Counted from the stretch's first letter, positions 1 to 11,238 are shown. The stretch: 64,000 nt of DNA from an uncultured Methanomassiliicoccales archaeon (GCA_963695345.1 OY968769.1:608001-672000); one strand, 5' to 3'. Translations and numbers: made by a program. Notes: a model not told the origin generated them from the sequence alone.

Positions 1-1
1 A

Positions 2-199
2 AAAGAGTGCAGTGGCTGTGGTATCTGTTACGGAGACGAGTGCCCGGAGCTGTTTGCTGAAGGACAGGGCGGCATAAGCGAGATACTGCCTGCGTTCCAG
101 AAAGGCAGCGCCTATGTCGGGGAAATCCCAGCGAACATGGTGGAAAAGGCCAAGGCCGCATCAATGGCGTGTCCGAACAATTCGATCATAGTAGGCTGA
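2..199 (+). CDS. Ferredoxin, single-cluster type (5'-truncated)
   Basis: Manual translation KECSGCGICYGDECPELF...AASMACPNNSIIVG*: CxxCxxC plus distal CP motif. Confidence 0.85.
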   Translation, partial: KECSGCGICYGDECPELFAEGQGGISEILPAFQKGSAYVGEIPANMVEKAKAASMACPNNSIIVG

Positions 200-390
200 T
201 GAAACCTCACGATTCGATTGGATGTCTTGATGTCCTCTCGAGAAAAATCTCTTCTCCAACATTCTATTGATTTCATCGCGCTGCTCTTGTATTGAGAATA
301 ATGTAAACTGCCGTCAGCCGCCTCTGCTGTTTGACCAATGCGTAAAAAGGACAGCGCCATATTTGAGCAGGTTCCGCCATCCGGTCTTAG

Positions 391-1698
391 ATGCAGACGG
401 TCATGTTGTTGGCACTGGCCATATTCCTGGCGACCTACATCCTGATCTCGGTGAGGCGCTTTGGCAGACTGAACCTGGAACGGCCGACGGTGGCCCTCTT
501 CGGGGCGGCGTTGATGGTCGTTTGCGGGGTTGTCTCCGCCGACCAGGCATTCGCCTCGATCCAGTTGGACATTCTCGGACTTCTGCTCGGAATGATGATC
601 ATCGTGGTCTCCCTGGAGCTCTGCGGGTTCTTCACCTGGGTCTCGGTAAAGATGATCAGGGCGTCCAAGAACCAGTTCCAGTTCCTACTGCTGGTGATGT
701 TCGTCACGGCGCTGCTCTCAGCCCTCATATTGAACGACACCGTCGTCCTCCTGTTCACCCCTATCGTGATCAAGGCCTGCCGCCTGATCAAGGCCAATCC
801 CATCCCATTCCTGGTGGCCGAGGCGATATCCGCGAACATAGGCAGTGTGGCCACCCCGGTGGGGAACCCGCAGAACGCGTTCATCGCCACCCAATCGCAC
901 ATCACCTTTGCCGAGTTCACCACCAAGCTGCTCCCGGTCACCCTGATCTGCCTGGTGATCGCCATGGTCCTGGTGTGGCTGGTCTTCAGGAAGGAGCTTA
1001 GGGACGGCAGTGAAAGGAATGGCAGGTATCTGTTCTGCGAGCGGAGCAAGCCGATCGACGCGGAGAGGGCGGTCATGGATATCGCCCCCCAGCCGGTGCA
1101 CCGCTCTGTCTACCTCGTCCTTGGGGCATTGGTGCTGGTGTTCATCGGGTTCGTTCTCTCCCCCTACATCAACCTGCCATTGGCCATGGTGGCGTTCATC
1201 GGCGGTGCCTTCGTCCTCATGTTCCTGCCGTTCTTCAACCGCTCAGTGCATTCGATCGAGGTGTTGCGCAGGGTCGATTGGACCCTTATACTGTTCTTCG
1301 TCGGCCTTTTCGTCGTGCTCAAGGGAGTGGAGACCTCTGGCCTTCTGGCGGAGATGATGGGGCTGTTCCAGGCCAGCAGCGGTTCTGGCCTGACCAGCAT
1401 CCCCGGGCTGACCGGATTCTCCGCCATCCTTTCCAATCTGATCAGCAACGTTCCGGCGGTCATGCTGCTTTCACCGTTCGTGGCCAGCGTGGGGAGCAAC
1501 AACCTTTGGCTGGCGCTGGTCACCAGTTCGACGCTGGCGGGGAACGCGACCATCCTGGGAGCGGCGGCCAATGTGATCGTGGTGGAGACCGGGAACAAGA
1601 TGGGGGTGGAGGTCTCTCTGTGGCAGTTCATGAAGGCTGGTCTCCCGATCACCATCATCACTCTGCTTGTCTCCATAATCATGCTGGAGATGCTCTGA
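391..1698 (+). CDS. ArsB/NhaD (SLC13/CitMHS-like) anion transporter
   Basis: 435 aa, very hydrophobic; ILNDT, ANIGSVATPVGNPQN and SNLISNVPA motifs. Confidence 0.9.
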   Translation: MQTVMLLALAIFLATYILISVRRFGRLNLERPTVALFGAALMVVCGVVSADQAFASIQLDILGLLLGMMIIVVSLELCGFFTWVSVKMIRASKNQFQFLLLVMFVTALLSALILNDTVVLLFTPIVIKACRLIKANPIPFLVAEAISANIGSVATPVGNPQNAFIATQSHITFAEFTTKLLPVTLICLVIAMVLVWLVFRKELRDGSERNGRYLFCERSKPIDAERAVMDIAPQPVHRSVYLVLGALVLVFIGFVLSPYINLPLAMVAFIGGAFVLMFLPFFNRSVHSIEVLRRVDWTLILFFVGLFVVLKGVETSGLLAEMMGLFQASSGSGLTSIPGLTGFSAILSNLISNVPAVMLLSPFVASVGSNNLWLALVTSSTLAGNATILGAAANVIVVETGNKMGVEVSLWQFMKAGLPITIITLLVSIIMLEML

Positions 1699-1776
1699 TA
1701 CCGATCGGAAGCGCCAAATGAGGATGGGATGCCAGGAGGAAGAACAAAGACCCTTGGCGCCCACGACGGGTGCGGT

Positions 1777-2484
1777 TCACATCTTCTTGTGGCAGAACCA
1801 CCAATCGTAGCATTCCTTGCCCATGGTCCTCTTCCGTTCCATTGCCGCCTTGTAGTCCCTCGGCGGTGGAACGATCACCTCCCCCGGGATGAATTCGTTA
1901 TTAGGCCAGTTCTCCGGGGTGGAGACGTTGTTGGCATCAGAGTACCGCAGGGCCTTGACCGCCCGCAGTATCTCGTCGATCGACCGGCCTACCTCGGGCG
2001 GGTAGTAGACCATGAGCCTTATCTTGCCAGTTGGATCGACGACGAACACCGACCGGACCGTGTTCGTGGCCCGGGCAGGATGGATCATCCCCAGCTTCGA
2101 TGACAGCGACCCCGCCCCGTCGGCGATTATGGGGAACGGGACCTTCACGCCCATATTGTCCTCTATCCATTCGACCCATTTCAGGTGGGAGAATATCTGG
2201 TCGATGGAAAGGCCGATCAGCTCCGTCTCCTCGGCCCGGAACTTCTCCGCCCGGGTGGCAAAGCCCACGAATTCGGTGGTGCAGATCGGGGTGAAGTCAG
2301 CGGGATGGCTGAAGAGCACGAACCATTTCCCGGCGAAATCCTTCGGCAGCACCATAGGCCCGAACGTCGTCTTGACCTCCACTTCGGGGAAGAACTCCCC
2401 GATGAGCGGGATCCTCCCCGCCGTTTCCTTCTCCTCCCTGCAATCCGCCATGTAAATGACCTCTGAATCAATTGGAGACGACAT
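1777..2484 (-). CDS. Peroxiredoxin (archaeal Prx6 type)
   Basis: [12 protein letters not shown] active site; C-terminal CYDWWFC. Confidence 0.95.
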   Translation of the reverse strand: MSSPIDSEVIYMADCREEKETAGRIPLIGEFFPEVEVKTTFGPMVLPKDFAGKWFVLFSHPADFTPICTTEFVGFATRAEKFRAEETELIGLSIDQIFSHLKWVEWIEDNMGVKVPFPIIADGAGSLSSKLGMIHPARATNTVRSVFVVDPTGKIRLMVYYPPEVGRSIDEILRAVKALRYSDANNVSTPENWPNNEFIPGEVIVPPPRDYKAAMERKRTMGKECYDWWFCHKKM

Positions 2485-2643
2485 TACTTAACGTTTCTTT
2501 TTCCAGGGAACAAAAGCCTGGAACGAATGCACTCTGGCTCCGCACACGATTGTACCAGTTAGGGGCGTTAATATCCGCTTAAGGGCAATGTTCCCTCTCT
2601 AGGCATGATACCTTAAATAGCGAGGAAGTGGTTTTGCTTATCC

Positions 2644-3126
2644 ATGGAATTGGGAACGATTTTCGGGATCGGATTCATCGTACTTGGCACGCTCATGCTG
2701 TTGTTAGAGCTGAACGCTCCAGGTACGTTCCTCATCGTACCGGGCACGGTACTGATGGTGCTGGGCGTGATCGGCATACTGTTCCCCGACCTATTGTTCA
2801 GCTGGTGGGCCCCGATCGCCGCGGTGATCGTACTGGTTCCGACCACCCTGGTGACCATCAAGCTCTACCAGAGGCTCTCGCCCCCCGGTCCGCCGGTGAC
2901 TACAGTGGCGACCTCCCTGGTGGGCATGAAGGGCATGGTCACGACGGACGTGTACCCGCACACCCTAAGAGGAAAGGTGGAGATAGAACACGACACCTGG
3001 TCGGCAACCTCGGAGACGATGATTCCCAAGGGAAAGCTCGTAGTTGTCGTGAGCAGCGAAGGAGTTCACGTGGTGGTCAAGGAGCTATGCGAGGACCCGA
3101 AGCGAGCGGAGCAGGAATGTCGATGA
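2644..3126 (+). CDS. NfeD family membrane protein
   Basis: TM helices then OB-fold (GKVEI..TWSA); directly upstream of SPFH gene. Confidence 0.9.
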   Translation: MELGTIFGIGFIVLGTLMLLLELNAPGTFLIVPGTVLMVLGVIGILFPDLLFSWWAPIAAVIVLVPTTLVTIKLYQRLSPPGPPVTTVATSLVGMKGMVTTDVYPHTLRGKVEIEHDTWSATSETMIPKGKLVVVVSSEGVHVVVKELCEDPKRAEQECR

Positions 3127-3157
3127 GCAGGACGTTCAACAGAAAGGAGAGGTAAAG

Positions 3158-4285
3158 ATGGCGGATGTGGCATTGGAAATAATCATCGGATTGCTTATCT
3201 TGGCGATCGTCGCGGTGCTAGTCATCGTGACGAGCGGAGTGAAGATCGTTCAGCCTTACCAGCAGGCCGTCTACATGAGGCTGGGAAGTTATGTCAGGAT
3301 ACTTGACCAGGGTATGAATTTCGTCACCCCCTTGGTCAACACGGTGGTCAAGCTCGACCTGAGGACGCAGGTGCTGGACGTACCGCGGCAGGAGGTCATC
3401 ACCAAGGATAACTCCCCGGTGAACGTGGACGCGGTCATATACATCAAGGTCATCGACCCGAAGAAGGCCTTCTTCGAGGTCACCGACCACCGGGCGGCCA
3501 CCATCTACCTGGCCCAGACCACCCTGAGGAGCGTCATCGGCGACATGGAGCTGGACGAGATCCTGTCCAACCGGGAGAAGATCAACCTTCACCTGAGAGA
3601 CAAGCTGGATGAGGCGACGGACAAATGGGGCGTCAAGGTAGAGGCGGTGGAGATAAGGGAAGTTGACCCGGCCCCGAAGGTCAAACAGGCGATGGAGGAG
3701 CAGACATCGGCGGAGAGGCTCAGGCGCGCGGCGATATTGAAGGCGGACGGACAGAAGACCGCCGCGATCCTGAGCGCCGAGGGTGAGAAGAGGGCCAGGA
3801 TCCTTCAGGCTGAAGGTCTGAGACAGGCCAAGGTCCTGGAGGCCGAGGGTGAGCGTCTGGCGATCATCCTGAATGCCCAGGGAGAGGGACAGAAATTGAG
3901 GATACTGAGCGTCGGAGCGGCGTCGCTGGACTCCAAGGCGCTCACCGTGCTTTCGTTGGACACGATGAAGTCGGTCGGAAACGGACAAGCGACCAAGATC
4001 ATCCTCCCATTCGAGGTGTCTAAGCTGATGGAGACCGTCTCTGAATATCTCGGCGGTGGCACCAAGACGCCGGAGCGGTCCATATCCAACCGGGATGAGA
4101 TCGAGAAGGCCGTCGGCAAGGTCGATGACATCCTCGGCCCGATCCCCACCCAAGATGAGCTGAGGGCGGACTTCAAGAACATCGAGGATGCGGTCCAGAA
4201 GGACCGGATAGAGGCCGCCGAGGCGATCAGAGAGATGGAGAAGAAGAAGCGGGCGGCAATGATCGCGCCGGACGGTTCCGCCTGA
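3158..4285 (+). CDS. SPFH/stomatin domain protein
   Basis: N-terminal TM; QEVITKDN, LAQTTLRSVIG, WGVKV motifs; SD GAGAGGT. Confidence 0.95.
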   Translation: MADVALEIIIGLLILAIVAVLVIVTSGVKIVQPYQQAVYMRLGSYVRILDQGMNFVTPLVNTVVKLDLRTQVLDVPRQEVITKDNSPVNVDAVIYIKVIDPKKAFFEVTDHRAATIYLAQTTLRSVIGDMELDEILSNREKINLHLRDKLDEATDKWGVKVEAVEIREVDPAPKVKQAMEEQTSAERLRRAAILKADGQKTAAILSAEGEKRARILQAEGLRQAKVLEAEGERLAIILNAQGEGQKLRILSVGAASLDSKALTVLSLDTMKSVGNGQATKIILPFEVSKLMETVSEYLGGGTKTPERSISNRDEIEKAVGKVDDILGPIPTQDELRADFKNIEDAVQKDRIEAAEAIREMEKKKRAAMIAPDGSA

Positions 4286-4466
4286 TACAAACCCCTTCCC
4301 TTCGTTCTTTTTTATTTTCGCCCAAATGAGCCAGCGTGGTCTTATCCGACACGATTTATACGTTCAGACTGCTTCCAACATACCCTTTTTTATATCACGA
4401 GAAACATAGCAATTGTCATACCGCATGACCAGAATCGTGCGGTCCGAAAAAGGAATGGGTATCGTA

Positions 4467-4670
4467 ATGTATGGTGGAAAACCAAGAGGCGGCGGCGGTG
4501 GCGGCTATGGGGGACGACCAAGACAGGAAGGACCCCGCGAGATGACAAAGGTAAAATGTTCCGATTGCGGAGCGGAGACCGAGGTTCCATTCAAGCCGAC
4601 TGAGGGCAGGCCGGTCTATTGCAGGGACTGCTATCAGAAACACAAGCCCGCCAGAAACGACAGGTTCTAA
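4467..4670 (+). CDS. CxxC-x17-CxxC zinc-ribbon protein with Gly/Arg-rich N-terminus
   Basis: CSDCG..VPFKPTEGRPVYCRDC; start may be 4413 or 4455; T-rich tract follows. Confidence 0.85.
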   Translation: MYGGKPRGGGGGGYGGRPRQEGPREMTKVKCSDCGAETEVPFKPTEGRPVYCRDCYQKHKPARNDRF

Positions 4671-4856
4671 ACCTGTCAATTCCTTCTTTTTTTTGTTTCC
4701 TATCAGGTAGGGGCCGTCATATTCTCGTTATGCTTTCGAATTGGCCGGTTACCGAGTCCTGGTCCGGTGTATCCAGAAATTAAATATATGACACATCCCC
4801 ACACGCCCGTGCGGTCATCGGAGAGGCCGCCGATTGAGGGTGTCTGAGGGATTCAA

Positions 4857-7800
4857 ATGCGATCTTGTGAACCTATTTCAATACTGATCATTGCGGCGAT
4901 GTTGCTGACCGGAATCGGTGCGTTCCTGCCGGCGGCGGATGCCGAACTGACCTCCTCCGACCCATTGCTGGCCTCGACGTATCTGGAAAGCCCGGGCTAT
5001 GATTATGGCAATTGCATAACCACTGACTCGCAAGGCAACATCATCATCGCCGGCAAGACCAACTCCTCAGGCTTTCCCATATTTCCTAACCCCGGGGCAT
5101 ACTCCACCGTCCATCACAATCCCGGCAGCCTCACCTGGGGCGAGTTCTCCGAGACCTTCGTGCTGAAGATGGACCCGACCGGCACCGAGCTGATCTTCTC
5201 CACTTTCCTGGGAGGGTCGGGCAACGACGTGGCCAACGGCATCACGGTCGACTCGAACGATAACATTTACATAACCGGGTTCACCGATTCCACGGATTTC
5301 CCGGTCACCAGCCAATTCGTCACCGTCAGGGGATGGGGCGAGGCCTTCGTCTGCAAGATGGACCCGACCGGCTCGTCACTGCTATACTCGGTGATATTGG
5401 GCGGCAGTGAATGGGAAGAAGGTAAGGACATAGCGGTCGATTCCTCCGGAAACGCCTATGTCTTCGGGGAGACCAATTCGCCGGATTTCTATTCCACCGC
5501 CTCAACGAAGACCTATGACGGCACCTTTTCCGATAGGACCGATACGTTCATCGCGAGGATCGGTCCGCAGGGGACAACACTGCCGTTCTTCACCTACCTG
5601 GGCGCAGATGCGTCGGAACAAGCGGGTGGGATCGCCGTGGACAATGCCGGAAACGCGTATGTCACGGGAAACACCCATTCCGTTGGTTTCCCGACGAAGA
5701 ACGCATATGACAGCACCTACAACAGCTTCGTTCTGGTGGGCGATGAGCCAGATACCGAACCGTTCTACTTCCAGGATATCTTCGTGACCAAGTTCAACAC
5801 CGCTGTGGATGGCGTGGCCAGCATGGTCTATTCCACGTTCATCGGCGGTACGGATGACGACCGGGGAATGGACATATGCATTGACCCTTCCGGCAATGCG
5901 TTCATCCTGGGGGAGACGGTCGGCGGAGTGGGATTCCCGACCACGGCAGGGGCGTTCGACCGCCATGGCCGCACCTGCTCCCAGCTCCTTTACTATCCCA
6001 CTTCCGACGTCAACTGTTTCATGATGAAGCTGAGCTCGAGCGGGGGCGGATTACTGTACTCCACGCTGATCCCGGGAATATCGCATTCAGGGGACATCGC
6101 GCTGACCGCGGGAGGAGACTTGGCGGTCTCTGGATGCACATACAATGTAACCTTCCCGACCACGGCCACCGCGTTCTCACGCACTCTGAGCGGTGATTCT
6201 GACCTGTTCTTCATGGTGTTCAGGACGGGCGGGGCGGGGACCTCCGACCTCATCTATTCGACCTTGATCGGCGGCTCGGAGTTTGACTACGTCGACGGCA
6301 TGTGCATCGACAAAACTGGTAATGTCCTCCTCACCGGAGGCACCACCTCCCCGGATTTTCCCATAAGGCCATCCACCGGAGCGTTCCAATCAACAATGAT
6401 CAACGACTATCAGAAGGCCTTCGCGATGAAACTGCAGATCTCCGCGGGCCTTCCAACGGCACCGCGGGATGTCGGTACCAGTGCCGGGACCACCTATCTG
6501 GACGTTTCCTGGTCTGCCCCATCATCGGACGGAGGCAGTCCGATCACCGGCTATAACGTGTACCGGAGGACCGGAACGACCGTGGACAAGGTCCTCCTGA
6601 CAACGACCCCGTTGTCATCGACGGCAAGAAGCTATCATGACATCGTTGTGTCGACTGGCACCGAATACGTATACAGCATCAGGGCGATCAATGCGAATGG
6701 CCTGGGCGATTCGTCGATCGAGGCGAATGTTTCCCTCACCCCGGTGCAGAACCTGCAGGTACCGGGCCAGATACTTGACCTTCAGGCCACCGCGAACGCC
6801 GATTCCATCACTCTCCATTGGTCCGCGCCAACGAATGGAGGAAGTACCATCCTTGGATATTTCGTCTATCGGATCCAGAACGGTGCGGAGACGCTGTTGA
6901 CCGATGTCCTGATGCCACCATCTTCGACCTCATATTCCGACTCGACGGCGCAGTCTGGCATACAATACACCTATCGGGTGACCGCCAAAAACAACGTTGG
7001 TGAATCGGCCAAGTCGAACGAGGCCATGAATCAGATAGGGCTAGGACCTACAGTTCCCGGAGCGCCCACCGACCTGAGGACGACACCTGGAGCGAGCAAC
7101 ATAACGCTGAGATGGACACCGCCAGCCTACCCGGGGACATCTCCGATCACTCAGTACCGCATCTATGTCGGCACTACGACCGGCCAGGAAGTTGCGGCGG
7201 GCAACATTTCCGCGAGTTCAGCATCCTGTCTGGTCTCCGGGATCCCGCTGGGAGCGACCCGGTACTTCCAGGTGACGGCGGTGAACTCGGTCGGCGAGAG
7301 CAACCGGTCGGGAGAGGTGTCGGCTGCCACCATATCGTCTCCCACGGTGCCCGCGGCGCCGGCAGCGCTTACGACATCGATCCATTTGGGTGACGCTGTG
7401 CTTTCGTGGACCCTCCCGAGCACCGACGGAGGGTCGGAGATCACGGCGTTCAGGATCTTCAAGGGGGTTGCGGCAGATGGAAGCGATGCGGCCTTCCTGG
7501 CGGATGTCCCGAACGGGAACGTCACGTCCTATGTCGACACCACATACTCCCCTTACCAGACCGTTTACTACCGGATCTACGCGGTCAATGCCAACGGACA
7601 GAGCACTGTGGCGACTGTAACGATGATCAAAGGTTCGACCGACAACACTGCCGGAGAGTTCCCGATCATCCCCATCATCATTGTGGTCGGCGGAATAGTG
7701 GCCATCGTTCTGGTGATCTTGTTCATTATGAGAGGCGGGAAAAGAGCGGCAGGGAACCGCCCAGGTCAGGTCGGACCGCAGAATCCATATCTTCCTGGAA

Positions 7801-7889
7801 ACGCCCCTGCCACCGGATTCTGTCCGTACTGCGGCAATCAGACGCAAGGTGCTGGGTTTTGCGGAAAATGTGGCAAGAGGCAGCCGTGA
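4857..7889 (+). CDS. Cell-surface protein: SBBP beta-propeller repeats, four FN3 domains, TM anchor, cytoplasmic zinc ribbon
   Basis: Signal peptide; repeated IAVDSSGNAYVTG.T.S.DFP; W.AP..GGS.I.GY FN3 units; TM; CPYCG..FCGKCG. Confidence 0.85.
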   Translation: MRSCEPISILIIAAMLLTGIGAFLPAADAELTSSDPLLASTYLESPGYDYGNCITTDSQGNIIIAGKTNSSGFPIFPNPGAYSTVHHNPGSLTWGEFSETFVLKMDPTGTELIFSTFLGGSGNDVANGITVDSNDNIYITGFTDSTDFPVTSQFVTVRGWGEAFVCKMDPTGSSLLYSVILGGSEWEEGKDIAVDSSGNAYVFGETNSPDFYSTASTKTYDGTFSDRTDTFIARIGPQGTTLPFFTYLGADASEQAGGIAVDNAGNAYVTGNTHSVGFPTKNAYDSTYNSFVLVGDEPDTEPFYFQDIFVTKFNTAVDGVASMVYSTFIGGTDDDRGMDICIDPSGNAFILGETVGGVGFPTTAGAFDRHGRTCSQLLYYPTSDVNCFMMKLSSSGGGLLYSTLIPGISHSGDIALTAGGDLAVSGCTYNVTFPTTATAFSRTLSGDSDLFFMVFRTGGAGTSDLIYSTLIGGSEFDYVDGMCIDKTGNVLLTGGTTSPDFPIRPSTGAFQSTMINDYQKAFAMKLQISAGLPTAPRDVGTSAGTTYLDVSWSAPSSDGGSPITGYNVYRRTGTTVDKVLLTTTPLSSTARSYHDIVVSTGTEYVYSIRAINANGLGDSSIEANVSLTPVQNLQVPGQILDLQATANADSITLHWSAPTNGGSTILGYFVYRIQNGAETLLTDVLMPPSSTSYSDSTAQSGIQYTYRVTAKNNVGESAKSNEAMNQIGLGPTVPGAPTDLRTTPGASNITLRWTPPAYPGTSPITQYRIYVGTTTGQEVAAGNISASSASCLVSGIPLGATRYFQVTAVNSVGESNRSGEVSAATISSPTVPAAPAALTTSIHLGDAVLSWTLPSTDGGSEITAFRIFKGVAADGSDAAFLADVPNGNVTSYVDTTYSPYQTVYYRIYAVNANGQSTVATVTMIKGSTDNTAGEFPIIPIIIVVGGIVAIVLVILFIMRGGKRAAGNRPGQVGPQNPYLPGNAPATGFCPYCGNQTQGAGFCGKCGKRQP

Positions 7890-8029
7890 TTGATCCATGA
7901 TATAGGCGGAATGAGCGCGGTTTCCATACTGACGATCATGCATTAATTAGCGGAGACATGGACGATCGACGCGACCGGTCAATGAATGTGCAGCGATGGA
8001 ACTGGGTTCTAGCAGATAAATAAGAAAAG

Positions 8030-8103
8030 TGGACGGTGCGCGATTTGAACGCGCGGCCTCCTGCTTGCAAAGCAGGCGATCTTCCGGTCTGATCTAACCG
8101 CCC
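8030..8103 (-). tRNA. tRNA-Ala(TGC)
   Basis: Cloverleaf; anticodon arm CCTGC-TTTGCAA-GCAGG; G3:U70 pair; T-loop TTCAAAT; no encoded CCA. Confidence 0.97.
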
Positions 8104-8214
8104 GATTAGGGTTCGTAAACGTGCTGGCGAATATATAGGTTTCTGAGTTCCAGTCAGATCTAGGTACTCAGAGCCCCGTTTCGACCCGTGACGGCGCGGT
8201 CCCGACCTGCTTTC

Positions 8215-9864
8215 TTACCTGCAGATGGCACCGTCGTTCGCACCGCTGACCAGCTTGCGGTACTTGGCCAGCATCCCATCGGGATGGCGGTCGACGACCT
8301 CGACCTTCTCCAGGCGCTTCCGGATCTCGTTGTCGCTCACTCCTACCAGCTCCAGTTTCCGACCCGGGATGTCGATCAGGATGCGGTCGCCATCGACAAC
8401 CGCGGCGATCGGTCCCTTGTCGAACGCCTCGGGGCAGACATGGCCAATGCATGGCCCGCGTGTCGCTCCGGAGAACCGGCCGTCGGTGATGAGCGCCACC
8501 GAGTCGGACAGGCCCATGCCGGCGATCATGCTGGTGGGCCCGAGCATCTCCGGCATTCCTGGTCCGCCCTTCGGCCCTTCATAGCGGATGACGACCACGT
8601 CGCCGGGAACGATCTTCCTTTCCGATATTGCCTTGCTGACGTCATCCTCGGAATTGAAACAGCGCGCCGTCCCCTCGTAGCGCATCATCCGCTCGCTGAC
8701 CGCCGCCTGCTTGACTACTGAACCTTCCGGAGCCAGATTCCCGAAGAGAATAGCGATGCCGCCCTGAGCATGATATGGCCGGTCCATGGGCCTTATGCAC
8801 TCCTCGTCCGTAACCCGGGCCTCGTCTGCGATCTCGTGGATGGTCTTGCCGGAGACGGTGTCCTCGTTGTACAGGCGGTCCTTCAAGCGCTTCATTATCG
8901 CCGGGACGCCGCCGGCGCGGTCGAAGTCTCCCATAACGTACTGGCCGCTGGGTCTTATGCTGGTCAGGTGCGGGATCTCCTTGGAGCATTCGTCGAACGT
9001 CTTTAGGCTGATCCGGATGCCGAAATCCGCGGCGACCGCCGGGATATGCAGGGCAGTGTTGGTCGAACCCCCGATGGCCATGTCGATCCGGATCGCGTTC
9101 TTGAACGAGTTCTCCGTCACGAAGGAACGGGGCGTCTTGTTCTGCCGGGCCAGTTCGACGATCCTCCGACCGGACTCCCGCGCTATCTCCCGCTTCTCCC
9201 GGCTGTCCGCCATGGCAGTACCGCAGCCGACCAGGGACAGACCTAACGCCTCCGTCATGCAGGCCATGGTGTTGGCCGTGAACAGACCGGCGCAGCTTCC
9301 GGCCCCGGGGCAGGCGCAGCCCTCGACGTGCTCGACGCGTTCCTGGTCGGATTTTCCTGCCTTGTACTCCCCGAGCGCCTCGAATACGCTCTGGAGGTCC
9401 AGCCGCTCCTTCCCCGACACACCGTGCTCCATCGGCCCGCCGGTGACGATTATGGTCGGAATATCGCACCGCCCTGACGCCATCAGCATTCCTGGAGTGA
9501 TCTTGTCGCAATTAGTCACACCGACCCATCCATCGAAACAGTGGGCCTTGACCATCAGCTCGACGCAATCGGAAACGGTCTCCCTGGAGGCGAGCGAGTA
9601 ACGCATTCCGGCATGGCCCATGGCAATGCCGTCACATATACCAGGGACACCGAAGACGAACGGGACACCGCCCGCCTCGATTATTCCCTGCTTAACCTCG
9701 TCGACAAGCGAATTGAGATGTATATGACCAGGAATGATGTCGTTCTGGGAGTTCGCTATGCCGATGAACGGCTTATTGAAGTCCGCATCGGTCAGTCCAA
9801 CCGCCCTGAGAAGGCTCCGGCTGGGTGCCTTCTCGATACCTTTGGTGATGATATCGCTGCGCAT
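8215..9864 (-). CDS. ilvD: Dihydroxy-acid dehydratase
   Basis: ICDGIAMGH, NCDKITPG, CAGLFTANTM, YEGPKGGPGMPEM, TDGRFSGAT. Confidence 0.97.
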   Translation of the reverse strand: MRSDIITKGIEKAPSRSLLRAVGLTDADFNKPFIGIANSQNDIIPGHIHLNSLVDEVKQGIIEAGGVPFVFGVPGICDGIAMGHAGMRYSLASRETVSDCVELMVKAHCFDGWVGVTNCDKITPGMLMASGRCDIPTIIVTGGPMEHGVSGKERLDLQSVFEALGEYKAGKSDQERVEHVEGCACPGAGSCAGLFTANTMACMTEALGLSLVGCGTAMADSREKREIARESGRRIVELARQNKTPRSFVTENSFKNAIRIDMAIGGSTNTALHIPAVAADFGIRISLKTFDECSKEIPHLTSIRPSGQYVMGDFDRAGGVPAIMKRLKDRLYNEDTVSGKTIHEIADEARVTDEECIRPMDRPYHAQGGIAILFGNLAPEGSVVKQAAVSERMMRYEGTARCFNSEDDVSKAISERKIVPGDVVVIRYEGPKGGPGMPEMLGPTSMIAGMGLSDSVALITDGRFSGATRGPCIGHVCPEAFDKGPIAAVVDGDRILIDIPGRKLELVGVSDNEIRKRLEKVEVVDRHPDGMLAKYRKLVSGANDGAICR

Positions 9865-9922
9865 GAGATCGCCGGCATTGAATGCAGGAAGGGGTAGATA
9901 ATCTGTTCATGTCGAACACGGC

Positions 9923-10783
9923 TCAGACCAGTCTGATCTTTTCCGTCTTTAACCGGGTGTAGAGCGTGTTCAGGAAATCCGACACGAAGTCGTCGCGACG
10001 GTTCACTTCTCTGATCCATATGCGGATACTCAGCGTTACCTTCCCATCCGAGATATCTGACACCAACACACGGGGAAGGAACATCTCAAAGGATATCTTG
10101 TTCTCGAAGAGTGAAAGGAGGCGCCTGAGGTGTATCACCCTGTCGATCTCTACCCTCTCCTCTCCCGGGACGTTAGGCAGCACATGCGGATCCTTGTCCG
10201 CCTCCTCCAGTATGATCTTCCGGACCCTTTCGATGTCCTCGTCCAAGTGGACGGTCAAGCGAAGCGGGACCTCGAAGAACCCTGCTTTCGTATAGTTGAT
10301 CACTTTGCTGCTGGTTATCACTGTGTTTGGAACGATGACCATCTTGCCCTGAGGATCGAGAAGGATTGTCTTGGTCAGGGTTATGTCCTTGACCCGGGCG
10401 GGTTTGGTCTCAGGCAATCCCCCGATATCGATCCAATCTTCCAGCTGGACCTGACGCTCCATCCCCATGAGAAGGCCGGCCATGACGTTCTGCAAAATCT
10501 GCTGGGACGCCAGGGCGATAACTATTCCGACCAGGCCGACAGTTGCGGCGATGGTGGATAGATCGACCCTGAAGATCTGAGTCATGCCGAAGGAAAGGCC
10601 GGTGGCGATGATTGCATATTCAAGACCTCTTGCATACATTTTTGATCGGCGCTTTCCCAATCTGATGTCGAACGTCCGGCGGAAAAGGTTGTGCAATGCC
10701 CGGCTCAGGAAAAGCGTGAAGAGAATCAGGAAGGTGAAAACGACGAGGCTCTCACCATCGATTCCGAAAATAGTCCATGCCAT
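9923..10783 (-). CDS. MscS family mechanosensitive channel
   Basis: Three TM helices, GIVIALASQQILQNVMAG, IVPN...VINY. Confidence 0.88.
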   Translation of the reverse strand: MAWTIFGIDGESLVVFTFLILFTLFLSRALHNLFRRTFDIRLGKRRSKMYARGLEYAIIATGLSFGMTQIFRVDLSTIAATVGLVGIVIALASQQILQNVMAGLLMGMERQVQLEDWIDIGGLPETKPARVKDITLTKTILLDPQGKMVIVPNTVITSSKVINYTKAGFFEVPLRLTVHLDEDIERVRKIILEEADKDPHVLPNVPGEERVEIDRVIHLRRLLSLFENKISFEMFLPRVLVSDISDGKVTLSIRIWIREVNRRDDFVSDFLNTLYTRLKTEKIRLV

Positions 10784-10888
10784 TAGGGATGAGTGATGGA
10801 ATTACCCGGTAAATAAATTGCCTTGTCTATATGGATAGAATTATTGGAAAAGATTTGGAATAAGATAACTGGAATATGTTTGAAGCGT

Positions 10889-11200
10889 TTAGGACCGGAG
10901 AACGATCTCGATGTTAACACCATCTGGCACTTGAATTCTCATCAGTTGCCTCAGGGCGCGCTCATCTGCGTCTAGATCGATCAGTCTCTTGTGGATACGC
11001 ATCTCCCACCTGTCCCATGTCTCCGAGCCCTCTCCGTCCGGGCTCTTCCGGCAAGGGACCTGGAGCCTCTTGGTAGGCAGGGGGATAGGTCCGCGTATAG
11101 CGACGCCGGTCCTTTGGGAGATCTGCTTTATCTGTCCACAGACAGAATCGACCTTCTTTGGGTCCGTGCCGCTCAGTGAAATCCTTGCGCGCTGTGCCAT
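10889..11200 (-). CDS. rps10: 30S ribosomal protein uS10
   Basis: [32 protein letters not shown]. Confidence 0.98.
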   Translation of the reverse strand: MAQRARISLSGTDPKKVDSVCGQIKQISQRTGVAIRGPIPLPTKRLQVPCRKSPDGEGSETWDRWEMRIHKRLIDLDADERALRQLMRIQVPDGVNIEIVLRS

Positions 11201-11238
11201 GTGATCATCTCAAAATATAAAGAGGAAAGGGAAGGGGT

